Below, piece by piece: positions 12,672 to 23,923 of a stretch of DNA of 64,000 bases. Position numbers and translations under genes: made by a program. How positions within the stretch are numbered: position 1 is the first letter of the stretch; each line of letters starts with the position of its first letter. The notes under the pieces are model-generated. The model ran no database searches and was not told the DNA's origin. It was given only the letters and a program-made list of their open reading frames with translations. Where the stretch lies: NCBI GenBank assembly GCA_963575745.1, contig CAUYUJ010000334.1, forward strand, positions 1 to 64,000. Direction: 5' to 3'. This DNA is from Prorocentrum cordatum. Lineage: Eukaryota.

Positions 12672-14931
12672 ATGGCGTTGTTGGAAAAAATCGTGCAGTG
12701 AAGGCAGACATTGTAGCGATTATAGAATCCATTGACAATAGTGACGACGAGACGAAGGCAAAGCAGATGATTTCGAAAGCAGACAAAGTCATGGCAATTC
12801 TTATGCAACAAGGATTAGCTTATAGAGAGCGCATCCAGCCAGACAAAATCGGAGTGGATCCCGAAAATAGATTCGGCCAAGGGCTGGATCCAATGGACGT
12901 ACATGCGTTGGGGCTCGAGATATTATCTGATGGGTTTAGCGAAAAGATGACAACGAACGCTACGTGTTTCGAGGTGGACCCGAACAGCACACGTCAGTAC
13001 GATTTCAACAAAGAACTCAGCGACAGCTCGGACGGTATGATACCGTACATCGCCGCCCACGACTTGAGAGCGACCACCGTCACATGCAGCCACGCGACTG
13101 GTTTCATCAGAGCGGTGTTCCATGGTGCGAGTTCTGAGTTGGACGAGAAGTACACGACAGATGGGAAATTGTCGAAAGACAAGATAATTGCCGCCGACCC
13201 TGGGTTCAAAGATGTCTTGGAACGTGGCCTTATGTACTATGTCGTGCGGCATCAAGTCGCCAGCGAGATTCCTCTTGTGGCAAACTTTTTGTCTGAAGCT
13301 GGAAACGCAGCACACGGCGTCGAACGGACCCAAACCAAAATTCAAACTTTGCTGCAAATGCACACCCGTGCTGTGCGTGCCAGAAAAATGACAGGATCAT
13401 ATAAGTTGGATGGAATTGCAAGGTCTATTGAACAGGGGAAGCCTTATCTCAAAGGACAGGTGCGTGATATGGCAGATTACGTAATCAAGTGGGCAGGCGG
13501 CGAATATAAACCAATTTTCCTTCGTGATCTCGACGCGTTTTCGAAAACGCTACGAAGTCGGAAGGACATAAGTGGTCAGACATTCAAGTTGTTAGCTGGG
13601 ATAGACTACGCGTCGGCACCCGAATGTATCACATCTCTCATCAAAGCGAGTCTTGTTGCGCTCCAGACAGCCACACACATAATGGAACGTCCAAACTCGT
13701 GACCAGTGCCGACGCGGTCGTCTACACTGGGAAAGGTCGTAACTCGATTGAGAAGTTTATTGGTTATTTGAGAAAAGCGAAGACTTGGACATCCAACATC
13801 CCGAAAGACATGGATATCCCGCAGGCTACGATTGTCAAGACCCTCAGCGATGCAGAGGTGCGGGCTATCATGTGCATACACAACAAGCGTTCGAAGTCAA
13901 GGAAGCATTTCGAAAGCATCGATTCTGTTTTCCAAGAGTTTCTCAGCGACATGTTCAAACTCAAAGCTGAGTTGAAGGATCACAAGCCGTTGCCATGGGT
14001 ATACAAAGATCTTGCACCCGCGCAGCCTTGGAATACCGAGACTGTTCACATGAGGGAGTTCGGGGAGGCTGGATTGACCAAGAATTCTTTGGAGGCGATG
14101 GGTTTCAAAGTGGGGTCAATGGTAACGAAAACTAACGGACCTGATACAAGGTATGTGGTGGAATCTTGCACAGAGCAGAATGTCTCATTGAAGTCCGTTG
14201 CCATGGCTAAGGCTAAACCATTCAAAGTGCCGATTGGAAAAGTTGCAGACGAATACAAAGTTGTGCCGATTGAGGAATTATTTTCAATGGTCGTGAACGT
14301 CGAAAGTGCAAACGAGTTGGACCACCACGATATACAGATCGAATTGGGGGAATCCCGTGTGCGCGAAGCCCTCGCGCACACATACTATCGTACGGTTGGG
14401 ACGGTTTCTGTGAATCTAGCATGGGCCAACACCCCTAAACCGAGCGTGAGGGAGATGACCACGACTACATCATACGAGAAAGGTGCGTTGATCTTGGTTC
14501 CATTCTCGTCTGTAATTGGAGCGTCTAAAGAATGTCCTACCACGTCAGTCGCTCTCCGCACCCAAGGCGTTGCGCCCAAAGGCTACGAAGCATTTGTTTC
14601 TCCCAGGATCGAGCTCCCGAAGTTTGGTAAACCAAGCCCAGAGCAGTTTGTGGTTCCATATTGGTTGGTGCCGTTGGCGAAGCAAGGGAGCGCCGTCAAT
14701 CTCATTCACGGCGTCGTGAGGGTAAAGCTGCCTGTCGAGAGCGCCGTCCTCCATGATGGCCCTTACAACAAGGGTTCACAGTTTGCAGAGACCATCGTGG
14801 AGATTCCGATATTGTACAACTCTGTTGCGCTCAAGTCAGGGAAAGCTTTGTATCGCAGCGATAAGGCGGTCCCGAAGAGGCCCTCCGACGCTGCGAGCTC
14901 TGCCGCCGGTGTAAAGAATGTGAAGGCGTGA
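12672..14931 (+). pseudogene. Transposon cargo gene 1 (about 750 aa, frameshifted): ParB/Srx-like N-terminus, possible SH3-like and SET-like C-terminal regions
   Basis: Overlapping ORFs 12659..13702 and 13624..14931 join near 13655. Probable ATG at 12672 with a 1-nt indel in the A6 run at 12685-12690. Non-repetitive globular sequence with motifs IGVDPENRFGQG...GF...CFE...TCSHAT. Domain calls are by eye. Confidence 0.7.
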
Positions 14932-15919
14932 AGCCATCACCCAATGCATCCATGAACAATCTCTTCTCGCGAGCTCCCTCACAACGCACAGGGGTGGATA
15001 GAATTTAGGGGCAGGGGGCAAAACCAGGAGATCGTTGGGAACATCTGAGGTTTGTAAATATGTTAAGCTGTCCCCCCATCTGGTGCCCCGTCCTGCGGCC
15101 TGGCGCCCGCCCTGGCCACGTTGGTTCGAAGAAGCGCTCTCAAGTTGTTGGTTTTCAGCGCATCCAGTGTCCTCCTGGAGAATGACGCTAGACCCTCGCC
15201 CTCACCCCACCAAGCATCTCGATATATGTCGCCACGTTGTTAACGTGGTTGATTTGCGCGGCACCGCCGTCGCCGTTGTCGGCCTCAAGTTTTTCGTTGC
15301 CCCTGTGCCAGCCCGATACGTGAGGCCGCAATGCGTTCTGCTGAAGTATGGTCTTGTCTCCTCCCATCCTTCTCATTTCTCCTCGTCCTCGCCGCTCCTC
15401 CGAGGATTGCGCACCCCCCAAGAAGACGTCCCCAAGGGGGCCCAAGAGGCCCTAAAGATGCCCCAAAAAGGTTCCAAAGAGGCCCCAATACACCCACCCA
15501 AGGGCCCCCGATGTTACCCAAACGCAATAGACAAGTAGAAACGAGTAGACCAACAAAAATGAAACGAGTAAGACGGGTAAATCAAGCTAACACACACAAG
15601 CACACATTGTGAACGAATAAAAAACGCATGAAGCGGATGCAAAGAGTGAAACACATATAACGAGTTCTGTATCATCACACCACATATCATCATCACACTC
15701 ACCACACATCATACATCCCACGTGCATGCGGCCCAGCCCGAGCATTGTGCGATTGGGGTGTTGGCCCGAGCTGTGCTGTCCATGGTTTCTCTGCGTTTAT
15801 GTCCTGTGCTCACCACACATCATACATCCCACGAGCGTTGTGCGATTGGGGTGTTGGCCCGAGCTGTGCTGGCTCAAGCTTGCGCACCCCTCTGTATCTT
15901 GACTTGGCGCCTGAATCTC

Positions 15920-16424
15920 ATGGCACACCCCGCTCTGCTTGTGCAGGCGTTGGGCCTGCCATCGGCGCCCGATTCATACGAGCGCTTTCCCGACACAGTG
16001 GCAGAGTGGGAGCAGCAGCAAAGGGAGAAGGAGGAAGCGGAGGCAGCGAAGGGAGGAGCGATCGAGGTCCAAGAGAGCCCTGACGACGATGCGGGCGCAG
16101 ATCCTAGCTTGCCAGTCGCCGCAGCAGCTGAGAAGAGCCCGAGCGACGTAATGGGGGGCGACTCGGCCGCAACATCGGATGATGGCCCCATATGCACGCC
16201 CGCGCCTTCGCATCCCAGAGCTACGCACGCGGTCGAGAGCATGCGAGACATACGATGGCATCGAGAGCGTCGGCGATGACGTCAATGCGAAGGCGGTGTT
16301 CCAGGCCATGCTGAACAATCCTGTATCTACGCATAGCGACCCCATCAACAAAATGGTGAAGCGCAAGTTCCGTGTCCTTTACGAGATCGAGGAGATCTGG
16401 GTCAGCAGCTCCCAGAAGCCGTGA
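15920..16424 (+). pseudogene. Transposon cargo gene 2: small acidic protein, apparently frameshifted near 16230
   Basis: ATG at 15920 follows TGGCTCAAG (SL 3' end, 15870-15878). MAHPALLVQALG... continues in another frame as ...CETYDGIESVGDD...KRKFRVLYEIEEIWV. Confidence 0.5.
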
Positions 16425-16898
16425 GATGTCAAACTTTCTGGTGAAGCCCGTGCAGGGCGCTCAGCTCGCTATATTTATATAGTCTGGTCCATCTGCGGCC
16501 GCTGCCGCCATGCCCGTGGCGAACTTATCGGCTGCGCGCCCCCGACAAAATACATCATTATCATCATCGCCATCGTCATCACGAATTGCGTTGCGGCATC
16601 ACCATCATCATCATCATCATCATCACCATCACCATCCTCGTATCATCATCACCATCATCATCATCACCATCGCCACCATCATTACCATCATACCATCATC
16701 ACCATCATCATCACCACCATCATCATTATCATCAGCATCACCATCACCATCATATCTCATTGAGTTTTATTGTGGTATTTTGAACTGCGTTGCGTTGCAT
16801 TGTCCCAACAAGCGGAGCTGTGGTGGCACTAAGTCGCTGCCCTGGCGATAGCGTTGACGATGGAGTGGTGCGCAAGAGGGCGTGCTCGCATTCATGTC

Positions 16899-16921
16899 GC
16901 CGTAGCTGTTTTGGGCTCGAG
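16899..16921 (+). other. Relict spliced leader upstream of cargo gene 3
   Basis: gccgtagctgttttgggctcgag. A second, more decayed copy (taagctgattttcggactcaa) lies directly before the ATG at 16977. Confidence 0.7.
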
Positions 16922-16976
16922 CCGTCGAGTGAGATTTATAGCACAAGCTCGGACTTAAGCTGATTTTCGGACTCAA

Positions 16977-17729
16977 ATGCCGCTCACCCTTCGCCGTGAG
17001 TGCGTCGTCATTTCCAGCGACCGAGATCAGGGCATCAATGGGAGCTGGGTTGCCAGGGTTGTCGAGCGCAATGGCGCGGAGTTCGTTGTGCCCAACCGCT
17101 CGGACCACAAATGCGTGAAGCTGTTGAAGAATAACTTCGGCATGGTGGCTGAATTGAAGCGCCTCCGCAACGAGAAGGTAACTGAACTAATGCAGGACAT
17201 CGAGCGCGCGGCGGACGAGATGGCGGACGCCGAGGAGGATAGCGATACTGGTGGGCCTCGCCTCAAACGCTCTCGGAGGCAGCTGGCCGACGAAATCAGC
17301 GAAGTCATTGAGCTTGACGTACAGGACACCTTCGAGAACTGGCACAAAGTCAGAGTGTTACGTGCCGCTGATGAGGGGGCGCTACTCCACTTGGAGCTCA
17401 CCGTCGACAACATCAACCTCCTCCACAACGCTCCAATGCCCCGTGATCAGCCACTGTTCCGCCCGAGTGTCAACGATAAGAACATCAAGTGGATCTCTTC
17501 TCGGAATACTTTGAGGCTCAGTTACTTCGACATGGCAAGCCAGAGGTGGAAGGTGAAATCCATGAAGATCAAGTTCTCGTCTGACTACGCCGCGATGCAG
17601 GACCGCGTCGACAAGACGGTGAAAGTCTTGCAGACATTCTTCCAGGAGCACCACGGCGTCCACATCGACCCTGGCATCGCAGAGGCAGAGGAGGACGGAG
17701 GCGAAGACGCTGATGTCGCAATGGAGTGA
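16977..17729 (+). CDS. Transposon cargo gene 3: intact 250-aa protein of unknown function, possible AP2-like C-terminal domain
   Basis: Clean ATG-to-TGA ORF with high GC3 codon bias, preceded by a relict SL at 16899-16921. C-terminus NIKWISSRNTLRLSY...WKVKSMKI followed by a helix. Confidence 0.8.
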   Translation: MPLTLRRECVVISSDRDQGINGSWVARVVERNGAEFVVPNRSDHKCVKLLKNNFGMVAELKRLRNEKVTELMQDIERAADEMADAEEDSDTGGPRLKRSRRQLADEISEVIELDVQDTFENWHKVRVLRAADEGALLHLELTVDNINLLHNAPMPRDQPLFRPSVNDKNIKWISSRNTLRLSYFDMASQRWKVKSMKIKFSSDYAAMQDRVDKTVKVLQTFFQEHHGVHIDPGIAEAEEDGGEDADVAME

Positions 17730-18067
17730 GCTATAGGGTCGCGGGCACATACGTTCGGCGGTGGGGGCGCTTGGCGTATACACGAGAGTCGGGTTTTGCA
17801 AGCGCGACCAGTGGCAGTCTGTCCTATGCATAGCAGGCCTGTCGCATCGGGGCATGCATCGCAGGTGCTGGCGCACGGGCGGTCACGGTCGAAACGTATC
17901 GCACAATTGTGCGCGTACTAGCGAAATGCACAGCATATCGTTGAACAAACAACACCAACACCATCGCCACAAGTGCTCTCGGCATCATCCGCATGGTCAT
18001 CAGCATCGTCTTTAGGAGCGATCTCGTCGTCGTCGTTTCCCGCCTCGGCGGGGCGAGCGAACAAGCG

Positions 18068-18254
18068 CGAACTTCATATAGCGAGCCCGACGTAAAAGCA
18101 CGAGCTCGCTATAGCGAGCCCGCGCAAATGCACGGGCTTCAAAACGTAACATAGGTGCCTGAGGCACCTATGTTGGACTTTTAAGCCCGTGCACTTGCGC
18201 GAGCTCGCTATAGCGAGCTCGTGCTTTTACGTCGAGCTCTCTATATGAAGTTCG
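18068..18254. repeat. 187-bp near-perfect palindrome (foldback)
   Basis: Arms cgaacttcatatag...aacataggtgcct and aggcacctatgtt...ctatatgaagttcg are symmetric about 18161. Confidence 0.92.
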
Positions 18255-18805
18255 TGTTTCTGGGGGGCGGCCTCGGAAGCGCCAGATCTGTCGGGCCAAG
18301 GGCGGCTGTTCGACGGCGTAGACGACGTCGTGAATGACGATGTCCTCCTCCCCCCCCTCCCGTCGGGCCCCAAGTTGGCCTAAGTAGGGGTCCCAAAAAA
18401 GAGCCCCGAGGCGGCCGCCAGGCCCTAAGTTGACCGACATGGAGATCCAAACAACGAGCCCCAAGGAGGCCGCCGAGCCCCAAGTTGACCGAAGTATAGA
18501 TCCCGCAAACGAGCCCCAAGGCGGCCGCTGAGCCCCAAGTTGACCAAAGTAGAGATCCCAAGCACGAACCCCAAGTGCGGGGTTGGCGTGCTGAAGGTCC
18601 CTCGTCCTCCTCCTTCCCTCCTCCCTCTTCCTTCCCTCCTCCTCCTAGGGGGTCCCCGACGAACCTTCCCCCGCTATAGCATCCCCTCATCCTTTGTACC
18701 CTCGCCTGTCATTTCGCGGGGGGGAGGATTCCCATTTTTGTTCCTGGGCCTCGTCCTCAGGAGAGGCCCAGGGACAAAAATGGGAATCCTCCTCCTCCTC
18801 CATCC

Positions 18806-18826
18806 CCGTAGCCATTTTGGCTTAGG
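18806..18826 (+). other. Relict spliced leader upstream of cargo gene 4
   Basis: ccgtagccattttggcttagg, 19/21 match to DinoSL, preceded by a short TCC tract. Confidence 0.9.
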
Positions 18827-18886
18827 CAGGTTTGCGAGCTTGCAGTACAGGCACAACGACGGTTGGCTGCACTCACGATTGGCGCA

Positions 18887-20419
18887 ATGGCTTCGGCGCA
18901 TAGCGCGATCGTCACGGCACTTCAGCATCGGGTTCAGTTTGTCACTGCCCAAGCGGCGACTACAGGGACCCCCGTCGGCTCGATGCTAGACGCGCAGTTG
19001 CAGGCGATGTTGGTCCAGATTCAGCAGGCGACTGGGATCGCGCTCCAGGGGGGGACCGAGATCATGAACGAGGTAGGCCGTGGCCCGTGGACAGTAGAAC
19101 ACAGGCAGGCCTTCTCTATTGCCGTGAGCAATAACATTGCGGCGCCCGTCGCGCGGTCGACTCGTCCTACCCAGAAGTGCAGTGCCATCCGCAACTTCTT
19201 CACGGAAGGCGATTGGGCGATCTTCGAGAGCAGCCAGCTGACCGAAGAGCCGAAGCTGCAGGCGATGGCGAAGAGGCTTTCCATGCTCGGCATCGCGTGC
19301 CCATGCGAGAAGCTCTTGATGTCGGCATGCGCGTTGCTGGTCATGAAGGGCGACCTCCCGCCGAAGGACCACGCTCAGAAACGCGAAATGTGCCACAACC
19401 TGTCGAAGCTGATCAAGATGCACGACAAGACGACTACATGGCCGTTCACCTACATCACGAACTACATGGACAGCCCCCTGACCTTGCCTCCAGAGATTTA
19501 TGCCCACGCATACGGCGCCGACAAGCCCTGTCCACCACCCCCACCGTTCGAGACGTCGGTCTACAACGATGCCGTCTTGGGAATGTGCTACAGGTCCAAC
19601 CACACTGGCGTGTCGGGCAGCAAGAAATCCCCTAGCACCTCACTTGCTGTTCCGACCGCAGGCGCATTGCAGCAGCATCATCAACAAGTTGACGTGATGC
19701 AGATGTGCATGGGGATGATGGGCGCGATGATGCAGCGCATGGGGGTGACGCCGACTGGAGCAGACAACGTCAACGACGGCGGCATCAACCTTACAATGCT
19801 GAAGGGCGGCGCGGCTTCTCCCAAGTCTTCGGCACCCTCTCATACGTTGAGTGCAGAGACTCTGTCTCTGGGGGGTTCGCTCAAGGAACCGATGCCAGCA
19901 CCCCCCGCGCCAGCAGAGCCCGCGAAGACCGCGGCGGCCGCGGTTGATGAGGCCAAGGAGCTCGAGAGGAAGATGGTCGCATCTGCCCGGGCCGTCGGCC
20001 ATCCCACCGCTGCTTCGCAGGTAGGCGGCAAGCGCAAGGCGGCAGGGCATGCCGACGGCGCCGCCGACGGCGCCGCCGACGGCGACTCGGCTCCGGAGGC
20101 CCGGGCCAAAGGCAAGGCCAATGCAAAGGGCAAGGGCAAGGCCAAGGCAAAAGCTAAGGCCAAAGCAACAGCTTCCAAGGCCAAAGCCAAAGCCGCTGCC
20201 GCAGGTGGGCCATGCATCATCAAGCATGGCAAGTTCACGGCCGACATCTCGCATCTCTTGACGCCCGAGCTTGCAAAGGGCTGCATCCCGAAGAACTTCA
20301 AGTGCAAGGCTTACGACCGCGCGAAGTACCTATCTCAGCAGGCGGGGTTGGGCAGTTCCGCTCAGACATCGGTTGCTCAGATGGCTTATGCCAAAGCAGC
20401 CGAGTACCTCGCGGCCTGA
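18887..20419 (+). CDS. Transposon cargo gene 4: intact 510-aa protein with K/A-rich (histone H1-like) tract and basic helical C-terminus
   Basis: ATG at 18887, 60 nt after a near-perfect SL (18806-18826). Strong codon bias. Contains AKGKANAKGKGKAKAKAKAKA and KNFKCKAYDRAK...AYAKA. Confidence 0.82.
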   Translation: MASAHSAIVTALQHRVQFVTAQAATTGTPVGSMLDAQLQAMLVQIQQATGIALQGGTEIMNEVGRGPWTVEHRQAFSIAVSNNIAAPVARSTRPTQKCSAIRNFFTEGDWAIFESSQLTEEPKLQAMAKRLSMLGIACPCEKLLMSACALLVMKGDLPPKDHAQKREMCHNLSKLIKMHDKTTTWPFTYITNYMDSPLTLPPEIYAHAYGADKPCPPPPPFETSVYNDAVLGMCYRSNHTGVSGSKKSPSTSLAVPTAGALQQHHQQVDVMQMCMGMMGAMMQRMGVTPTGADNVNDGGINLTMLKGGAASPKSSAPSHTLSAETLSLGGSLKEPMPAPPAPAEPAKTAAAAVDEAKELERKMVASARAVGHPTAASQVGGKRKAAGHADGAADGAADGDSAPEARAKGKANAKGKGKAKAKAKAKATASKAKAKAAAAGGPCIIKHGKFTADISHLLTPELAKGCIPKNFKCKAYDRAKYLSQQAGLGSSAQTSVAQMAYAKAAEYLAA

Positions 20420-21214
20420 GTGGAAGCATGCTTCTACAGTCTCTTTCTCTCTGCCCCTTCGCAGTGGGGCTGCGGTCGGGCCATGCGCACTATAGTACAC
20501 TCTACTCGTGGGCTGTCAGAGGGCCCAATGAAACGCCCTCGCTCTACTCCGCTGGCACCAGCCAACTCCGACCGAATGGACGGCGAACTCGCTCTACTCC
20601 GCTGGCACCAGCCAACTCCGACCGAATCCCCCCTTGGGACAGCTGGGAGGTTTCTTGGGCTGTCTTGGAGGCCATCTTGAGGCCATGTTAGGCCGTCTGC
20701 TTCGTAGGCCGTCTTTAAAACATGTTGTGGCCATCTTGGCGGTCTTGGAGGCCATCTTGGGCGTCTTGCAGGCCTCTTGGGCCGTCCTTGGTAAATATTA
20801 TGGCGCATGATGTTATATATGTATATATACATGTATGTGTGTATATAGACATACATACAAACAAACTTGCGTACGTGCCTGCATGCATACATACATTCAT
20901 TTTCAGGCCCCCAGCGTGAGTATCTACAGCAAGAGCCCCCATGTGCACTCTTCGGGCCTTATGAGACTCCTTTTGGATCCTTCTTGGGCCCTTAGCTTGG
21001 AGATCTACCATGTATATGATAGGTGTTCGTGGAGATGTACCCTGTATATGATAAGTGTTCGTGTGCGAGTGGAATGCAAGGAAGTCTCGAGCTGGAGCTC
21101 GATCATGGGCTTCTCTTAGAGCCCCCAGAGGGGGGCTACGGATTGGCGTCAGCCCACGTGAAATGAAATTTCCTCCCCGCCCATCCTCGCACCCAAACCC
21201 CAAACTCCTCCAAT

Positions 21215-21239
21215 TCCGTCAGCCATTTTGGCCCTCGAG
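21215..21239 (+). other. Relict spliced leader upstream of the transposase
   Basis: tccgtcagccattttggccctcgag is DinoSL with small insertions and one substitution, 13 nt before the ATG. Confidence 0.8.
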
Positions 21240-21252
21240 GTTTTCTTCACAC

Positions 21253-23252
21253 ATGCAGAAGCGCCTTCGGTTGACCGAATGCGGTAAATATAGTTTCGTG
21301 ACTGCTAGAGGCATCGAGCGATTGCTGCAGCAGGTGAGGGATGAAGGCCTGCCCGACGCGTTTTCGGCAGCCACCCAGGCGAGAAAGCGCAAAGAAATCG
21401 CCCACCAGGCGACTTCACATGGCCCCCTCTTGCGCCGAGTGGCGGCGGTGTCTATAGATGGAAAGGAGGTGGATCTGTGGTTTCAAGACCCTCTCGCGTT
21501 CTTGGGGTGTGCGTGCAGTCGGTCTCCACACTACGCATCGATGATCACAAAGGCCCTCGATGCCAACGGTAACTCACTCTCGATCCTTATCTATTCCGAT
21601 GAGGTCACTCCTGGCAACGTGCTAGCAGAGCATAATGACCGAAAGGTACAAGCACTGTGTTGGTCATTCAAAGAACTGGGATACCCAGCACTCTCTAATG
21701 AGATTTCATGGAACAAAATATGCGCTATCCGCAGCTCTGTGGTCAACAGTCTCCCTGGAGGCCTCTCGGAGGTTTGCATTTTTTTTTATTTTTATTTTTA
21801 TTTTTTTTCGTTCGGAGCGCCCGCGGGAAAGGACCTTCGACGAGGAGTGCCTTTCAAGATAGGTGCAGACGGTGAACAGCGATTGATTGTAGGCAAGCTT
21901 GCAGTGATGATACAGGACGAAAGAGCACATACATTCCCATTTCAGTGCAAGGGTGCTGGAGGACACAAACTGTGTTGTCTTTGCATGAACGCGACCGATC
22001 TGAAGTCCGCCCTGTTGCCCGACCCCACGGGGTTCTTGGTTGCCTCGGGCGTCGTCGACGTGTCGCAGTTCCAGCCCCGCACTGGAAGCAACATCCGAGG
22101 CACCCAGCGCCGACTTCATGAAGTTGCAAATGAAGGCGGTCGGAAGGACAAGCTAACAGATCTCCAGTCTTTACTTGGTTTCAATTATACGCCAACTGGC
22201 GTGTTGGCAGACGAAGAGTTAGATGTAAACCTTCCAGATGTTTTTTTTCAATGGGACTGGATGCATTGCTACATGGTTGGAGGGGTCTTCGTAAAGGAAG
22301 GGGAACAATTGCTCCAGCGTCTGCACGCACATGGGCTGGGCGTGCGTGCGCTCCATGAGTATCTCCAGCACTGGCAGTGGCCGCTTGGATACAGCCACGC
22401 GAAACAAACATGTAGCAAGAAGAAGATGGGCGGTAGTGCATCGGAGCTCATGTCGCTGGCGCCCGTACTTGGAAGGTTCGTGGTGGAGGTAGTTCCTGGT
22501 GGAGTGTGTCCGCTTGAAGTTGAATCGTGCTTGGCCCTCGTCCGTGTTGTTGGGTTGCTCCCAGTTGTCAACAGCGGGCAAGTTTCAGCGATCGAGCTCG
22601 GGGAGTCGATCGCTAGGCATTTGGCTTTACACAAGCGTGCATACGGAGTAGAGGCGTGGTCTCTACTCCGTATCTTCGGAAACACACCATATTGTTGTCA
22701 TGCTTCCTAATGGAAAGGAAACATAAGGTCATCAAGACCATGGCCCAGCCACGTAGGAATACACGATCATATGATCAAAACTTGTTAGAGGAGTGCACTG
22801 TGTTTCACTTGTTCCAGTTGGAACACCACGCGATCGAAGGCGTGGATTTGCTTGGGCCGAAGGCTCCGAGCAAGGAGCTGCTCGCAGAAATTGGTAGTCT
22901 GTTTCCTTCGGTTGATTTGCATGACGCGGTGGCGTCAAAGTCAGCCCACGTGCACTGCAGAGCTGTGCAGATCGGCGATTGCGTTTCATATATCACGTCA
23001 AACAATAGCCTTTGTTTTGGCGTGGTGTTGGTGCATTGCAAAGTGCAGGTGGTGATGCTCACTTTCGTTTCTATGTGGGACGTGATCGATGTCGGAGCAG
23101 AGTGCGCGAAATGCACCGTGCAGGATCGTGCCTGCATTGTCCGCAGCGAAGCAATTGTCGAGCCTTGTATATATTGGCCAACGAAGGTTGGCTCAATCAG
23201 CACTGTGATTCTTTCTCCAAGACTGCAACAGAGGGTCTTTCGGCACGCATGA
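21253..23252 (+). pseudogene. DDE transposase, CMC (CACTA/Mirage)/Plavaka-like, disrupted near 22660
   Basis: Motifs ILIYSDEVTPGN...RK, IQDERA, GAGGHKLCCLC, WDWMH (DxxH), and SCFLMERKHK in the second ORF (22656..23252). ATG at 21253 follows a relict SL. Confidence 0.78.
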
Positions 23253-23923
23253 ATGTGATGCGCACTTCTGTGGTAAAAGCTTTCGCTTTTATTCGGCGGC
23301 TTCCGCCAGCACCGACCTCTGTCTTCACAATCCGCCTGCCTCCCCTCCCTAACCTCCTCCGCCCTTTCTCTTACTCCTCGCACCTCCTCCCCTCCCTTCC
23401 CCCTCTCTCCTCGCCCTCTCGCCCCCTCCTTCCGCTGAGGCTTTCCCTTCGGTAGGCGCTCGGCATCAGAGGACCTCCGAAGACCTCAGAGGACCTCGTT
23501 CCACGGACGCCCGAATCGTCAAGGAGACAGGCGTGAGAACTAACACTTTGAGCCACCGTAGGTTTCTATCCGATTTGAGTTGCCTGCCTGGGGCCTCTTG
23601 TTGGGGCCTCCTGGAGCCACGTTGGGGCCATCTTGGAGCGCGTTGAGCCATCGTGAGCCTTCTTCGGGGCTTCTGAACCACGTCACCAAGACCTCAGAGG
23701 CCCTCCTTCCGCGGCCGCCCGAAAATGTTCAAGGTCAACCGCGGCCTCCCAAAACCGAAAACATCGCATACCCCCATCGTGCACCGACAACAAGATTTGC
23801 TTCACGGTTTACATGTATTTTTCTAGCTTTACTTCCAAATCCAGGGGCAACGAAGTAAGATTTTTCAAAACGAACAAAGACATCCAAAGAAATCATCATC
23901 CACTGTATGGTTTAGCGTGCTCG

